A stretch of 64,000 bases of DNA from Syntrophorhabdaceae bacterium (GCA_963666485.2 CAXXUO010000003.1:370958-434957), one strand, 5' to 3'. Positions 1 through 10,158 are shown, numbered from the stretch's first letter. A program made the numbers and translations. The notes: a model not told the origin generated them from the letters alone.

Positions 1-668
1 GCAAACAATATCTGGCTGATCACGTCGGGCGGTGTTATGACGGCGCTCACGATAAAAGCGGCGAGGATCGCATATCTCCGCTTCCTTCTCAGGAAGTGAT
101 GATCGATTATCCCGGCCCTGGCGAAGAAATAGGCGACAAGAGGCATCTCGAATATAAAACCGGAAACAACGAGCAATTTCAACGTCAGGCTCACGTATTC
201 CTTGAGGTCAGGCATCGGGACGATCAGGTCCGAGCCAAAACCGACAAAGAAACTGTACAGCCTCGGCATGACGATATAGTAGCAAAACACGACCCCGCCG
301 GCGAAGAACAGGCTCCCCCATATGATCAGGGGGTAGACGTACCTTTTTTCCTTCTCATAGAGGCCGGGCGAAACGAACATCCACATCTGGTAGATAATGA
401 CCGGCGATGATACGGCCACTGCCGTGATGATCCAAATCTTGAAATATGTTATGAAAGCCTCGGTGACCCCGGTGAAAATGAAGCTGCTGCCGGCGGGCAT
501 GACCTTCTTGAAGGGCAGCAAGAGAAAGACATTCACCTTCTCACGAAAATAATATGTCACCAGGAACGCTACACCGATGACCACGAGGCATATGATGATC
601 CGCTGCCTGAGTTCCTGGAGATGTGACACGAAAGGCTGTTTTTCATCCGGGCTGGCTTTATTTATCAT
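1..668 (-). CDS. tatC: Twin-arginine translocase subunit TatC (runs off the window start)
   Basis: Not in the ORF track; translated by hand from ATG at 668: MINKASPDEKQPFVSHLQELRQRIIIC...FVSPGLYEKEKR...FEMP...ITPPDVISQ. Contains TatC motifs (HLxELR, PGLY, TPPD) and follows tatB. Confidence 0.95.
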   Translation of the reverse strand, partial: MINKASPDEKQPFVSHLQELRQRIIICLVVIGVAFLVTYYFREKVNVFLLLPFKKVMPAGSSFIFTGVTEAFITYFKIWIITAVAVSSPVIIYQMWMFVSPGLYEKEKRYVYPLIIWGSLFFAGGVVFCYYIVMPRLYSFFVGFGSDLIVPMPDLKEYVSLTLKLLVVSGFIFEMPLVAYFFARAGIIDHHFLRRKRRYAILAAFIVSAVITPPDVISQILF

Positions 669-706
669 TTCGAATCCGACGAATCCCATTGGGGCCGCTA
701 TCCTGA

Positions 707-1030
707 CTAACCCCTGAGATTCTCATAGGGGTCGGGGGTTTTCTTCCCGGAAGGATCATCACCGGTGCCGGGATTTGTCGCGGCATTGTCCTTTTTTTCG
801 CTTCCCGTCCCTTCGCCCGGGCTCTTTTGGTCTTTTCCCTGGTCCTTGTCCGGACTTGCGTCGACGTCGAGGTCGCCGACAAAGGACTGTTTGACATCCT
901 CGGTCATCGATCTGACATCATGGATAGCGCGCCCGAGTGACCGCGCGAGGTCCGGCAGCTTCTTCGGGCCCACGACGAGTAGCGCCACGATCAGGATAAG
1001 TATAAGCTCAGGGAGACCAATTCCGAACAT
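707..1030 (-). CDS. tatB: Twin-arginine translocase TatA/TatB family subunit
   Basis: MFGIGLPELILILIVALLVVGPKKLPDLARSLG signature; directly upstream of tatC. Confidence 0.88.
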   Translation of the reverse strand: MFGIGLPELILILIVALLVVGPKKLPDLARSLGRAIHDVRSMTEDVKQSFVGDLDVDASPDKDQGKDQKSPGEGTGSEKKDNAATNPGTGDDPSGKKTPDPYENLRG

Positions 1031-1221
1031 TTTCGATAAATTATCATAAAAAACACGGTCTTAAAAGGGGATTATGCCGGCCACGGCCCGAAGACCCTTG
1101 ATCAGCGCCTTTAAACGACTATTCCCGGTGCGGGCGATGCGCGCATCCTGCCGTCATTGACTAACTTCCCGGAAGTATATTAATCTGAAAAGATTCGAGA
1201 GTAAACTTTCAGGGAGGATCT

Positions 1222-1797
1222 ATGAAAAGCGTAAAGGGAACTCTGACCGAAAAGAACTTGCTGGCGAGCTTTGCGGGGGAATCGCAGGCACGCACGAGGT
1301 ACACGTATTTCTCGTCGCAGGCGAAGAAGGAAGGATACGAACAGATATCGTTCATCTTTGCGGACACCGCCGAGAACGAGAAAGAGCACGCCAAGCGCTT
1401 CTTTAAATTCCTGGAAGGCGGCGATATTGCAATAACGGCATCCTACCCGGCCGGAGTGATCGGTACGACGTCAGCGAACCTGAAGGCGGCTGCGGAGGGT
1501 GAAAACCACGAACATACGGTGCTTTACCCGGAAGCAGCGAACGTCGCCGACAGTGAGGGATTCGAAGAGATCGCCCGTGTTTTCCGGGAGATCGCCCGGG
1601 TTGAAATGGAGCACGAAAAACGCTACCGCATCCTTCTGAAGAACATAGAGACAGGTACCGTTTTCAAGCGGCCATCCCCGATAAAATGGCGCTGCAGGAA
1701 TTGCGGCTACGTGCATGAGGGTACGGAAGCCCCCGGGACGTGCCCGGCATGCGATCATCCCCAGGCATATTACGAACTGCTTGCCGAAAATTATTAA
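1222..1797 (+). CDS. rbr: Rubrerythrin
   Basis: FAGESQAR..Y and EKEHAKR diiron motifs, C-terminal rubredoxin-like CRNCGY...CPACDHP; GGAGG RBS. Confidence 0.97.
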   Translation: MKSVKGTLTEKNLLASFAGESQARTRYTYFSSQAKKEGYEQISFIFADTAENEKEHAKRFFKFLEGGDIAITASYPAGVIGTTSANLKAAAEGENHEHTVLYPEAANVADSEGFEEIARVFREIARVEMEHEKRYRILLKNIETGTVFKRPSPIKWRCRNCGYVHEGTEAPGTCPACDHPQAYYELLAENY

Positions 1798-1961
1798 GTG
1801 CCGTAAGGCGTGAGGGGATAAAAGACAATTAGACAGGGAAGATCGGATAAATTAAGGAGATTTACGCCACAAACCATACGTTTTGTGGTATTATCTGCCT
1901 TGTCGGCCTGCGCTACACGTGCGGGCCGTAAAAAAATAAGGACGGTCACGAAGCAGGGTTT

Positions 1962-2777
1962 ATGAAAATAGCGGGAATACAATTTGCCTGTACGCACGAT
2001 AAGGACAAGAACGTCAACACGGCGATGAAGCTCCTCAGTGTCGCGCTGAACGAAAACGCAAGGGTGGTCTGTTTCCAGGAACTGTTCAACCTGCACTGGT
2101 TTCCCAGGGACCGCGACGATACCGCCTTTGCCCTTGCCGAGGAGACCTCCGGAGAGACTGTCAGGCTTTTTCAGGACCAGGTCAAGGGCACGGACACCGT
2201 TATCATCCTTCCCATCTTCGAGAAGGCGGGTGAAAAGTACTTCAATTCTGCCGTTATCATAGACGCGGACGGGACACGCGGCGTCTACAGGAAATTGAAT
2301 GTTACCGATATACCTCTATGGGAAGAGAAATTTTATTTTTCACAGGGCGATACAGGGCTTCCTGTATTTGAAACGCGCCACGGAAAATTCGCTGTACAGA
2401 TGTCATGGGACAATTTTTTTCCGGAAGGGTCCCGCATCCTCGCCCTCAAGGGGGCGGACATCGTCTTCGCGCCGACGTCATGCGCCTTCAAATCCCAGCA
2501 TATATGGCAAACGGTCATATCGTCAAACGCAATAACGAACGGGATCTACATCATGCGCGTGAACAGGGCGGGCAGCGAAGAAGCACAGGATTTTTACGGT
2601 ATGAGCTTCTGCGTCAACCCGGAGGGAGAACTTGTTGGCGGGCCGACGGGCAGATCGGACACGGTCCTCCTGGCGGACGTCGATCTCGACCGGCTGAAGA
2701 TGGTCCGGCGTGAATGGCCGATCCTGAAAGAGATCAAGCCGGAATTGTACAGTGAACTTCTTGGAGGGAGATCTTGA
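1962..2777 (+). CDS. Carbon-nitrogen hydrolase (nitrilase superfamily); nucleophile position is Ser
   Basis: FQELF, YRK and QMSWDNFFPE (usually ICWD/ICYD) motifs, plus NRAG and FYGMS. Confidence 0.9.
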   Translation: MKIAGIQFACTHDKDKNVNTAMKLLSVALNENARVVCFQELFNLHWFPRDRDDTAFALAEETSGETVRLFQDQVKGTDTVIILPIFEKAGEKYFNSAVIIDADGTRGVYRKLNVTDIPLWEEKFYFSQGDTGLPVFETRHGKFAVQMSWDNFFPEGSRILALKGADIVFAPTSCAFKSQHIWQTVISSNAITNGIYIMRVNRAGSEEAQDFYGMSFCVNPEGELVGGPTGRSDTVLLADVDLDRLKMVRREWPILKEIKPELYSELLGGRS

Positions 2778-2944
2778 GCGACGAACCAACCCTTTGCGTG
2801 GTGTGTGCATGGCGGGAAAGATGCACAAAGAAATTCATCCATGGAAAAGATGTGTCCCTGAGATGCCCTGATTTTACGAAAGACCTCCAGATAGAAAAGG
2901 ACCAAAGGGATGCTGAGATCGATACCGGCAAAGATAATACATGA
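2774..2944 (+). CDS. Small Cys-rich protein (56 aa), possibly metal-binding
   Basis: Below the ORF-track cutoff. TTG start after GGAGGG overlaps the upstream stop; MSDEPTLCVVCAWRERCTKKFIHGKDVSLRCPDFTKDLQIEKDQRDAEIDTGKDNT fills the gap before argS. Confidence 0.7.
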   Translation: MSDEPTLCVVCAWRERCTKKFIHGKDVSLRCPDFTKDLQIEKDQRDAEIDTGKDNT

Positions 2945-4568
2945 CTGCATAGATAGCGCCCGCGCAGGCGGGCTCATTCCAGCCGACGCAAAACTCAACT
3001 TCATAATTGAAACACCGCGGGAGGAAGGGTTCGGTGATTACTCCACGAATATCGCTTTCATCCTGGCCCCGCATCTGAAAAAGAAACCGGTAGATATCGC
3101 CCGGCAGCTGGCCGAATCGATGCAGGGCAATGAATCGTGCGAATCTGTCTCGGTCGCGGGCGCCGGTTTTATCAATTTTTCGCTCAAGGACAGCCTCTGG
3201 CAGGACCTGCTCCACAGGGTCGCGTCGGACGGGATCACACTTCTTTATCCGGACGTGGGGGCGTCGCGGAACGTCCTTATCGAGTTCGTCAGTGCCAACC
3301 CTACCGGGCCTTTGCACATCGGCCACGGCAGGGGAGCTGCGGTGGGTGATGTTCTGGCAAACCTTCTCAGGAAGACCGGCCACAATGTGGGCCGTGAATA
3401 TTATATCAATGACGCCGGCCGCCAGATCCGCACACTTGGCCGGTCCACGTACCTCAGGCTCAAAGAGTTAAAGGGCGAAACGGTAGAGTACCCGACGGAC
3501 CTCTACCAGGGGGATTACGTGCGCGACATCGCGCGCAAGGTGATTGACGAGAACGTCGCCGTACCCGATAGTGAAGACGAGGCCGTGGAGTTCCTCGCAT
3601 CATATGCCAGCGATCTCATAATGGATGGCATCAAGAAGGACCTCTATGACTTCGGCGTCGTCTTCGACAGGTATTTCCTGGAATCTACCCTGTATGAGTC
3701 GGGTATCGTGGATGAGACCCTCGCTATCCTGAAAGAACGCGGCATTGCATATGAACGCGATGGTGCACTCTGGTTCAAAACGAGCCTGTACGAGAAGGAC
3801 GAGGACCGGGTCCTTATAAAGTCGGACGGGCAGAAGACGTATTTTACATCCGATATCGCGTACCACCTCGACAAATATAAGCGGTCATTCGATACGCTGG
3901 TCGATATCTGGGGCTCCGACCATCATGGCTATATCCCGAGACTGCGCGCATCCGTGCAGGCCCTGGGAAGGAACAAGGAGGACCTGAAATTCCTGCTTAT
4001 CCAGTTCGTGACGCTGATCAAGGACGGCAAGCCGGTCGGCATGTCCACGCGCTCGGGTGAATTTACGACCTTGAGGGAGGTCATGGACGAGGTTGGACGC
4101 GACGCCTGCCGCTTCTTCTTCCTCATGCGGAAAAGCGACGCCCACCTCGAGTTCGACCTTGACCTGGCCAAGAGGACATCGAATGAAAACCCGGTGTTCT
4201 ATGTTCAGTATGCCCATGCACGGATAGAGAGCATCTTCCGGAATGCACGGGATGCCGGCATAGATACCGAAAATTTGGCCGATGCCGATTGCGGTCTCCT
4301 GGCGGTGAAAGAAGAGCTGGACCTTATCAGATGGATCACGCGCTATCACAGCGTGCTCGAAGGCAGCGCCAGGAATTTAGAGCCCCACAGGGTCACATTT
4401 TACCTGATGGAGCTTGTCGGCCGATTCCACAGTTATTATAATAAGACCCGGGTACTGGGCAACGATGTACGTCTCGTAAGATCGAGACTTCTTTTGCTTC
4501 GCGTCCTGCGCGATGTCATCAGGGACGGCCTTGGCCTTATCGGGGTATCGGCACCCGAGAAGATGTAA
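2910..4568 (+). CDS. argS: Arginine--tRNA ligase
   Basis: EFVSANPTGPLHIGHGR (HIGH), MSTRSGEF, YVQYAHAR and C-terminal APEKM. Confidence 0.98.
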   Translation: MLRSIPAKIIHDCIDSARAGGLIPADAKLNFIIETPREEGFGDYSTNIAFILAPHLKKKPVDIARQLAESMQGNESCESVSVAGAGFINFSLKDSLWQDLLHRVASDGITLLYPDVGASRNVLIEFVSANPTGPLHIGHGRGAAVGDVLANLLRKTGHNVGREYYINDAGRQIRTLGRSTYLRLKELKGETVEYPTDLYQGDYVRDIARKVIDENVAVPDSEDEAVEFLASYASDLIMDGIKKDLYDFGVVFDRYFLESTLYESGIVDETLAILKERGIAYERDGALWFKTSLYEKDEDRVLIKSDGQKTYFTSDIAYHLDKYKRSFDTLVDIWGSDHHGYIPRLRASVQALGRNKEDLKFLLIQFVTLIKDGKPVGMSTRSGEFTTLREVMDEVGRDACRFFFLMRKSDAHLEFDLDLAKRTSNENPVFYVQYAHARIESIFRNARDAGIDTENLADADCGLLAVKEELDLIRWITRYHSVLEGSARNLEPHRVTFYLMELVGRFHSYYNKTRVLGNDVRLVRSRLLLLRVLRDVIRDGLGLIGVSAPEKM

Positions 4569-4607
4569 GTCCCTTAAGCCGTACAAGGTGAAGATGAAGG
4601 AGCAGTA

Positions 4608-5237
4608 ATGGATAGAAAGAAAAGCAAGACGAGAGAATATATCGAGTCTATCATTGTGGCCGCTCTTATTGCGCTTGTGGTCCGGAGCTTCGTTATACAG
4701 GCCTATAAGATACCGTCGGGATCGATGGAGCCCACCCTGCTCGTCGGCGACCACCTTCTCGTCAACAGAATGAGCTATGTCGTCAAAATGCCGTTTACAG
4801 ACAGTGTCCTGCTCACGACCGGTAAACCGCAGCGGGGCGACATTATTGTTTTCCGCTATCCTGAGGACCCGAGCAAGGATTATATCAAGCGCGTTATCGC
4901 GACCGGGGGAGAGAAGGTCGAGATAAGAAATAAGGTTATATACATCAACGGTAAGAGGCTTCAGGACCCCTGGGGGCATTTCAGGCCTGATCCCGGTGCG
5001 CGCAGTTTTACCCCCTTCGTGGACAAGGACAACGTGCCGCCCGTCGTTGTACCGAAGGACAATTATTTCGTCATGGGGGATAACCGGGACAACAGCCTCG
5101 ACAGCCGCTACTGGGGCTATGTCGACAAGAAGCACCTCGTCGGAAAGGCGCTCATCATCTATTTCTCCTGGGACAACAACGCCATGAGCGCGCTCAACTA
5201 CATACGCTGGTCACGCATCGGGTGGCTCATAAAATAG
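4608..5237 (+). CDS. lepB: Signal peptidase I
   Basis: IPSGSMEPTL (catalytic Ser), YIKR (Lys) and GDNRDNSLDSRYWG. Confidence 0.97.
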   Translation: MDRKKSKTREYIESIIVAALIALVVRSFVIQAYKIPSGSMEPTLLVGDHLLVNRMSYVVKMPFTDSVLLTTGKPQRGDIIVFRYPEDPSKDYIKRVIATGGEKVEIRNKVIYINGKRLQDPWGHFRPDPGARSFTPFVDKDNVPPVVVPKDNYFVMGDNRDNSLDSRYWGYVDKKHLVGKALIIYFSWDNNAMSALNYIRWSRIGWLIK

Positions 5238-5304
5238 GCCCGTGCCCTTCCCGCCGCTTTCTATGGTTAGATTTCGCGGGTATTGTATGATATTATGGAG
5301 AGCA

Positions 5305-6963
5305 ATGAAGATCAAAGCAGTCGTTATTTCGCTTCTTGTGCTGATCGGCACCCAACTTCATGCAGCGACCCTTTCCGACTCCATCTGGTACTTTCTCCAC
5401 GGCTACATCAGTGAATCGACAGGGAATTATCCCGAAGCGCTCGAATATTACACAAAGGCGCTGAAGGAGAATGGAGCATCGTCCGAGATCAGGACGTCGC
5501 TCGCATCCCTGTACGTTAAGAAGGGCGAGTTCACGAAGGCCGAAGAACTCCTCAACGAGGCGCTGGCCATAAACCCCGCCAACAGGGGCGCGCTCATGTT
5601 CATGGCGGGCGTGCAGGCTGCCAAGGGGATGACGTACAAGGCCAAGGCGCTCTATGAAAAATGCATTGAGCTGAACCCGGAAGATACAGAGGCCTACATG
5701 TATCTCGGCTCGATCTATATTGCCGAACGCCAGTATAGCGCCGCTATTATGATCTACGAGAAGATACTGGCATATGATGACGATAATGTCATTGCCCTGT
5801 ATTATATCGGGCGTCTGTACGGTGAGACCAAAGATTTCACGAAGGCGAAAAAATACCTGCTCAAGGCCCTCGAGTTCAAACCCAATTTTTCGCCTGCGCT
5901 CCTTGATATCGCCACAATATACGAGATCGAAGGCGATCTGCAGAAAGCCATCGAATACTACCAGGCCATCATTGCGCAGGACCCCACCGACAAGAAGGCC
6001 CGTTCCCGGCTTGCCACGATCTTTATCAGGCAGAAGGAGTACGACAAGGCTATTGTGCAGTTCGAGAAATTATCCGACCTCGACCGGCACGATGTCTCGC
6101 TGCGCGTTCGCATCGGCCTCTTGCACTACGAAAAGGGGCGGTATGATGAAGCGATACGCGAGTTCAACCTCGCCCTCGCCAATAAGAATGACGATACCGT
6201 CAGGATATACCTCGCAATGGCATGGCGCGAAAAGGGCGATCTGAAAAAGGCGCTCGAAGAGCTGAACAAGATCAACCCGAAATCTGAAGAATTTCTCATG
6301 GCCATCAGACAGATGACCCTTATCTATATCAAGTCCGGGACAGTAGACGACGGTATCAAGGCGATATCGAAGTACCTTCCTGAAATAGAGAAAAAACCGG
6401 AATTGTATATCCTGATCTCGATGTTGTATGAAGAGAAAAACGATTACGTGAATGGCATAAAGGTCCTCGAGGAGGCCCGGAGCATCGACCCGGACAATCT
6501 CGATGTGATCTACCAGATAGGCATGATGTATGAAAAGAAGGGTGACAGCGAAAAAGCCCTTGCAACAATGAAAGAGGTCCTGGCAAAGGACCCGGATTTT
6601 CCCAACGCCTTGAACTTCATTGGGTACTCGCTGGCAGAGAAAGGCATCCGGCTCGATGAGGCCGAGTCCATGATCAGGAAGGCCCTTTCAAAACGTCCCG
6701 AAGACGGGTACATCATCGACAGCCTCGGATGGGTCTTCTTTAAGAAAGGGAATTTCAAGGCTGCGCTGGAGGAGATCCGGAAAGCCAGCATCCTGATGCC
6801 TGAAGACCCGACGATCCAGGAACATCTCGGCGATGTCTATGCCGCTTTGCATGATTACATCAAGGCCGCGCAGCATTACGAAAAATCAATGTCCCTGGAA
6901 AAGGACCCCTCGAAGAAGAACTCCGTCCAGCAAAAACTCAATACGGTCAAAGAGAAGAAATGA
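5305..6963 (+). CDS. Exported tetratricopeptide-repeat protein
   Basis: Signal peptide from ATG 5305 (GGAG RBS), many TPR-like repeats, C-terminal ALNFIGYSLA...IIDSLGWVFF...IQEHLGDVY. Confidence 0.9.
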   Translation: MKIKAVVISLLVLIGTQLHAATLSDSIWYFLHGYISESTGNYPEALEYYTKALKENGASSEIRTSLASLYVKKGEFTKAEELLNEALAINPANRGALMFMAGVQAAKGMTYKAKALYEKCIELNPEDTEAYMYLGSIYIAERQYSAAIMIYEKILAYDDDNVIALYYIGRLYGETKDFTKAKKYLLKALEFKPNFSPALLDIATIYEIEGDLQKAIEYYQAIIAQDPTDKKARSRLATIFIRQKEYDKAIVQFEKLSDLDRHDVSLRVRIGLLHYEKGRYDEAIREFNLALANKNDDTVRIYLAMAWREKGDLKKALEELNKINPKSEEFLMAIRQMTLIYIKSGTVDDGIKAISKYLPEIEKKPELYILISMLYEEKNDYVNGIKVLEEARSIDPDNLDVIYQIGMMYEKKGDSEKALATMKEVLAKDPDFPNALNFIGYSLAEKGIRLDEAESMIRKALSKRPEDGYIIDSLGWVFFKKGNFKAALEEIRKASILMPEDPTIQEHLGDVYAALHDYIKAAQHYEKSMSLEKDPSKKNSVQQKLNTVKEKK

Positions 6964-7514
6964 CACGGAAGGCGGTGCTCCTCCTTTTTGCCCTGCCCCT
7001 TCTGTTTGTTTCCTGCGCCCACATGGGCAGGCAGCCGGCCTTCATTGCCTGGCCCGAACGTTTTGACTATATCGAGGCCCTGGGGGAGATCGATGTCATG
7101 CTCAGGAACAGGCAGTATACCGGGGATATGTCACTCAAGGCAGAATATCCGCACATGCTCTCTTTCGAGGTATACAGCCCCTTCGGCACGACGATACTTT
7201 CTGTCGACCGGTCCGAGGACCATTTCCTCATGCGGACCGATGAGGGGTTGATAACGAATGAAAATGAATTTTACCGCCTCTTCAATGTTCAAATAGACGA
7301 CATCATCGAAGACCTCACACTGAAAGGGACTATCCGGACCGACGGTCCCGTCCCGTACAAAGAGCGCCCCGGGTACACTGTATATTACTACCTCAACAAT
7401 GGCGGCAACAGGATATGCTGGAAGGTTGAAGAGGGGGATTTTTGCATCCGGTTCACCGACGTCAGCTTCTCGCGGGAAAGACCCGATGGAAAAGATAGTA
7501 GCGGGACCGATTGA
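6960..7514 (+). CDS. Lipoprotein, possibly LolB-like
   Basis: Lipobox LFVSC, YSPFG motif, and the common TPR-then-LolB-like gene order; start overlaps the upstream stop. Confidence 0.55.
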   Translation: MTRKAVLLLFALPLLFVSCAHMGRQPAFIAWPERFDYIEALGEIDVMLRNRQYTGDMSLKAEYPHMLSFEVYSPFGTTILSVDRSEDHFLMRTDEGLITNENEFYRLFNVQIDDIIEDLTLKGTIRTDGPVPYKERPGYTVYYYLNNGGNRICWKVEEGDFCIRFTDVSFSRERPDGKDSSGTD

Positions 7515-8544
7515 TTCATACGATCCCCCGAAGATCAAAACCTTTATCGAGGAGGGTTTTCGGGAAACCGGCATATCGATAAAGGGCCGGGTGCTTGTCA
7601 AGCCGAACCTCCTTTCGGGAAAGGCCCCCGAACGGGCAGTAACGACCCATCCGTTATTTCTGTCGGCACTCATCGAGCTTTTGAAGGACAATTCATGCAC
7701 TGTTTTCCTGGGGGACAGCCCGGGGTATGAATCCCTCGAACGCGTGTTGAAGATCGGGCAGTATACGGACATGCTGAGGCATCTGGGCGTCAAGGTCGTA
7801 CCGTTCACAAAAGAGGTCCCGAAAAGGATCGACGGTGTATCTCCCTACCACGAGTTTCTCTTCGGTGAAGACCCCGGTCATTACGACCACGTGGTCAACG
7901 TTGCGAAGCTCAAAACGCACGGGATGATGGGAATTACCCTTGCCGTAAAGAACACCTTCGGCTTCGTGCGGGGCTTTGCCAAGGGACGGTGGCACTTGAG
8001 GGCCGGGGTTGACCGGTCGCTTTTTGCATCGATCCTCGTGGATATCCATCGTATCGCGGCACCGACCGTGAGCATCCTCGATGGAATACTCGCCATGTCG
8101 GGTAACGGGCCATCGAACGGGACGCCCGTCAACCTCGGGATCAGCGCAGTGGCGCGCGACGCCATAGCGCTTGACGACTTTATCGAACAGCATCTATGCC
8201 CCCGTTCAGACCATCCGGTGACCGACTGTGCCCGCACGAACGGCCTTCTCGGTCCGTATGAGGTCATCGATCTTGGACTGCCGCCGGCCCCCCATTTTCC
8301 TATGCCCGAATCGTGCGCCACCGACTGGAACATCCCTTCCCCCGTCAAGAGGATACTTCGCGGCATCATGGTCAGGAAACCGAAGGCAAACGCGAAAAAT
8401 TGTCAGCTCTGCGGCATATGCACAACTGTCTGCCCTGCACATGCTTTGAGCATCCGGAACGATACCCTGCAATTCGATTATACCGCCTGCATCCGCTGCT
8501 ACTGCTGCCAGGAAATGTGCCCGCATGATGCGATAAAGGTATAA
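7486..8544 (+). CDS. DUF362 domain protein with C-terminal 2x[4Fe-4S] ferredoxin domain
   Basis: VLVKPNLL, TTHP, KLKTH, AVKN.FG; CQLCGICTTVCP and CIRCYCCQEMCP. Confidence 0.9.
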   Translation: MEKIVAGPIDSYDPPKIKTFIEEGFRETGISIKGRVLVKPNLLSGKAPERAVTTHPLFLSALIELLKDNSCTVFLGDSPGYESLERVLKIGQYTDMLRHLGVKVVPFTKEVPKRIDGVSPYHEFLFGEDPGHYDHVVNVAKLKTHGMMGITLAVKNTFGFVRGFAKGRWHLRAGVDRSLFASILVDIHRIAAPTVSILDGILAMSGNGPSNGTPVNLGISAVARDAIALDDFIEQHLCPRSDHPVTDCARTNGLLGPYEVIDLGLPPAPHFPMPESCATDWNIPSPVKRILRGIMVRKPKANAKNCQLCGICTTVCPAHALSIRNDTLQFDYTACIRCYCCQEMCPHDAIKV

Positions 8545-8553
8545 AGACGGGAG

Positions 8554-8634
8554 ATAGGCGATGGGCTATAGGCGATTAGGATAAGACGATCATCAGGCAG
8601 AGTTCACACCCATTGCCCATCGCCTATCGCCTCA
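8554..8634. repeat. Tandem heptamer repeats arranged as an inverted pair
   Basis: ATAGGCG-ATGGGCT-ATAGGCG-ATTAGGA, then CACCCAT-TGCCCAT-CGCCTAT-CGCCTCA. Confidence 0.75.
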
Positions 8635-8676
8635 CATTAAAAAGGCAGGAGCCAAAGCCCCTGCCTTTTTAATGTG
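8633..8676. terminator. Bidirectional intrinsic terminator
   Basis: CACATTAAAAAGGCAGG...CCTGCCTTTTTAATGTG inverted repeat with A/T tracts between convergent genes. Confidence 0.85.
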
Positions 8677-8687
8677 CCATGTTCCTT

Positions 8688-9188
8688 CTATTTTTTTGCC
8701 GCTTTGACCGGTATTTTCTTCGCTTCCTTCAGGGCCTTTTCGGTTTTCGGGATGCTTATTGTCAGGACGCCTTTTTTATAATGAGCCTTGGCGGCGTCAA
8801 CGTTGACCTCGACTGGTAGCGGGACTGTCCTGCTGAAGAAACCGTAAACCCTCTCCATCCTGTGATAGCTGGCATTCTTCTCCTCTGCCTCATCCTTCTT
8901 CTCGCCGCGAATGGTAAGGGCATCGCGGGTGAGTGAGACCTCGATATCCTTCTCGTCCATACCGGGCAGCTCAGCGGTGATCTTGATCTCTTTGCCGCTG
9001 TCGGCGACATCGATATTGGGGTTGAACATAGAGGCGGCGAGGCCGGACGGCTCGATGTCAAACCCGTGAAAGAAACTATCGAACATCCTGTCTATGTTGT
9101 TGCGAAGGGAAAGGAGCGGGTTTTCCCCGGAAACCCGCGCGACTTCCCTGGCCCTCTTGGGGTGCGGCGTGATCTTGATTGTTGTCAT
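8688..9188 (-). CDS. Hsp20/alpha-crystallin small heat-shock protein
   Basis: PNIDV..AELPGM..DIEV..ERVYGFFSRTVPLP..A.YKKGVL; start placed at 9188 after GGAGG. Confidence 0.95.
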   Translation of the reverse strand: MTTIKITPHPKRAREVARVSGENPLLSLRNNIDRMFDSFFHGFDIEPSGLAASMFNPNIDVADSGKEIKITAELPGMDEKDIEVSLTRDALTIRGEKKDEAEEKNASYHRMERVYGFFSRTVPLPVEVNVDAAKAHYKKGVLTISIPKTEKALKEAKKIPVKAAKK

Positions 9189-9222
9189 GGTCGTACCTCC
9201 ATACAAAGGTTATCTATGGGGT

Positions 9223-9627
9223 TCATCCCGCATTTACGGTTATCTTTCTCATCTTCGGCGCGTCGTTCTTCGGCATTGTCAGGCGGAGAACACCGTCCTT
9301 TACGTTCGCCACGATCTTTTCCCGGTTGATCTCTCCGGATATCGTGAATATCCTCTGGTAGTCCCCTACCCCGTATTCAGCGTGGGTAAGCTTCATCTTG
9401 TCCGGCGCTTTCCAGTCGACCTTTCCGTAGATGGTCAGGACGTTGTCGTCGAGCGTGATATCGACCGAGTTCTCGTTGACGCCGGGCATGTCCGCGATGA
9501 CAACGATCTTGTCCTTGCCCTCGATGATATCGACATCAGGGTTATATATCTTTGCCGCCCGTGTTCTTTCAACGAGCTCGGTCTTCTCGGCCTCTTTCTT
9601 TTGCATTTCTTTGGATTTATCTGCCAT
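9223..9627 (-). CDS. Hsp20 family protein
   Basis: PDVDI..ADMPGV..GDYQRIF..ANVKDGVLRL. Confidence 0.95.
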   Translation of the reverse strand: MADKSKEMQKKEAEKTELVERTRAAKIYNPDVDIIEGKDKIVVIADMPGVNENSVDITLDDNVLTIYGKVDWKAPDKMKLTHAEYGVGDYQRIFTISGEINREKIVANVKDGVLRLTMPKNDAPKMRKITVNAG

Positions 9628-9637
9628 GTGGACCTCC

Positions 9638-10084
9638 TCAAGCGGATTTTATCGAGATCTTCTTCGGCTTTTCGGCCTCGGAGCGCGGCAGCCTGATCGA
9701 CAGGATGCCATTCGAGAAACTCGCGCTTACCTTTGCCGCATCTATAGTGAAGGGTAGTTCGATCGCCTTTGTGAACTGTCCGTACCAACGTTCGCGGCGG
9801 TGAAAGGAATTGCCGTTGTCGAGCTGTTCAGGTTCTCTCGCCCCTTTCAGGATCAGGCTCTTGCCGATCACGGAAATATCAATGGCACCCGCGTCTATGC
9901 CCGGGATCTCGGTGGTCACCACCGTCTCCTCCCCATCGGTCCAAATATTGACTGCCGGAAAATCGCTTGTCGACGGCGAGACAAATCTGGACAAGACCCG
10001 GTTCATCTCATTTTCGATCCGCTGGAACTCCGACCACGGATCGAGGCCCCTCCCAAACATGCCGAAACCATCTGTCCACAGCAT
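9638..10084 (-). CDS. Hsp20 family protein
   Basis: FPAVNIW..EIPGI..RRERWYGQF..ASFSNGILSI. Confidence 0.95.
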   Translation of the reverse strand: MLWTDGFGMFGRGLDPWSEFQRIENEMNRVLSRFVSPSTSDFPAVNIWTDGEETVVTTEIPGIDAGAIDISVIGKSLILKGAREPEQLDNGNSFHRRERWYGQFTKAIELPFTIDAAKVSASFSNGILSIRLPRSEAEKPKKISIKSA

Positions 10085-10109
10085 ACCTTAAACCTCCTTG
10101 AGAAATGTT

Positions 10110-10158
10110 ATGTGATCATCGTGAAATAAATGTGATCATCCGTTCCGAATTTGTCAAG
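10110..10158 (-). promoter_or_regulatory. Promoter of the Hsp20 operon with an 11-bp direct repeat
   Basis: Minus strand reads CTTGACA-17 nt-CACATT; ATGTGATCATC occurs at 10110-10120 and 10130-10140. Confidence 0.55.
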
